From contig CAWAMW010000012.1 in assembly GCA_963783305.1 (NCBI GenBank), forward strand, positions 64,001 to 128,000: a stretch of 64,000 nt of DNA. Reading direction: 5' to 3'. The position numbers and the translations under genes are program-made. Of the stretch, positions 63,299 through 64,000 are shown in pieces. Under the pieces are notes generated by a model. It worked only from the letters and a program-made list of their open reading frames with translations. It had not been told where the DNA came from and made no database searches. Origin of the DNA: an uncultured Gemmatimonadales bacterium (GTDB taxonomy: Bacteria > Gemmatimonadota > Gemmatimonadetes > Longimicrobiales > RSA9). Within the stretch, counting starts at the first letter, position 1. Every line of letters starts with the position of its first letter.

Positions 63299-63442
63299 TC
63301 CGGCTCCAGGTCAGTTGCGCTCGGAGAGGACCGCTGCGAGGAGGGGGGTGCACTGGAGGTCAGCGCCCCGCCGCCCCGCGCATCGGGCCCCGCAGAGATG
63401 CCTCTGGCCCCGCCCACGGTCAACGACCCGCGATCCTCCATG

Positions 63443-64000
63443 TCACCCCGTGCTCTGCATGGCCGCCGCGACGCCATTGATGCTCAGAAACAGGAGCTCG
63501 CGCACGGCCTCCCCGTCCGCTCCCGCCGCCCGATAGCGCCGCAGCAGCTCGAGCTGTAGCAGGTTCAGCACGTCCGTATACGGGTTACGGAGCGCAATCG
63601 ACTTCCGGATCACAGGGCTCTCCTCCAGCAGCACTTCCTGACCCGTGATCTCCAGGATCGCCGAACGCCCCGCCTCGAAATCCGCGACGATCCGGCCGAA
63701 GAACCCGCCCTCCGCCCCCGCGTCCGTATCCGACGCCAGCCCCGCATACCGCTCCGCGATCTCCAGCCGCGCCCGCGCCATCTCCCGCTGCGCGTTGTCC
63801 ACCACCGCCCTGAAGAACGGCCACTCCCGGTACAGCGACCCCATATCGGCCGCCCCGGCACCCTCCGCCGCTCCGGCGCCGCCAGGCGCCCCCCCGGTGC
63901 CGCCGCCAGGCGGCGCCCCGCGAGCCGAAGGCGAGCCCCCCGGGGCGGCGCCCAGCGCCGCCCCCACCCCGTACCACCCCGGCACGATCGCCCGCGCCTG
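63443..64000 (-). CDS. ppc: Phosphoenolpyruvate carboxylase (C-terminal part, runs off right edge)
   Basis: PGWYGVG, LYREWPFF, SIALRNPYTDVLNLLQ, INGVAAAMQSTG. Confidence 0.93.
   Translation of the reverse strand, partial: QARAIVPGWYGVGAALGAAPGGSPSARGAPPGGGTGGAPGGAGAAEGAGAADMGSLYREWPFFRAVVDNAQREMARARLEIAERYAGLASDTDAGAEGGFFGRIVADFEAGRSAILEITGQEVLLEESPVIRKSIALRNPYTDVLNLLQLELLRRYRAAGADGEAVRELLFLSINGVAAAMQSTG

Overview
High-GC bacterial chromosomal segment made mostly of housekeeping genes. Gene content and order suggest a Gemmatimonadota-like organism, which is an inference only. From left to right it contains: partial ppdK; a minus-strand run truA-tal-htrA-purB-purC-psd-pssA-purS-purQ-purL-purF (purF has a +1 frameshift); trpD; lexA, divergent from trpC-trpF-trpB-[HEAT protein, HD-GYP protein]-trpA; RqcH/NFACT; panBCD-yqeK-LytR_C and a stand-alone NFACT-R gene; rlmN; PTS EIIA-vanZ-aspS-phoH-7TM-HD-ybeY-DUF502-mgtE-ABC1 kinase; a four-helix-bundle gene embedded in tandem repeats; meaB with a split B12 acyl-CoA mutase, carboxyltransferase, nhaA, split AtuA and enoyl-CoA hydratase; two hybrid histidine kinases; TerC; a frameshifted FAD/Rieske oxidoreductase; a cupin; a DEAD-box helicase; and partial ppc. 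I saw no tRNA, rRNA, CRISPR array, integrase or transposase. The best leads are: (1) an antisense, lower-GC four-helix-bundle (IVS/Avd-like) gene bracketed on both sides by complementary (GGAGTA)n and TACTCC/TGCCTCC arrays, with other heptamer arrays at promoter or RBS positions elsewhere in the window; (2) a duplicated CCGAACAAnnnCCGAA candidate SOS box upstream of lexA and an unlisted 53-aa ORF coupled to the lexA stop; (3) a HEAT + HD-GYP pair sharing a homologous N-terminal domain inserted between trpB and trpA; (4) a mutase with isobutyryl-CoA-mutase-type specificity residues.
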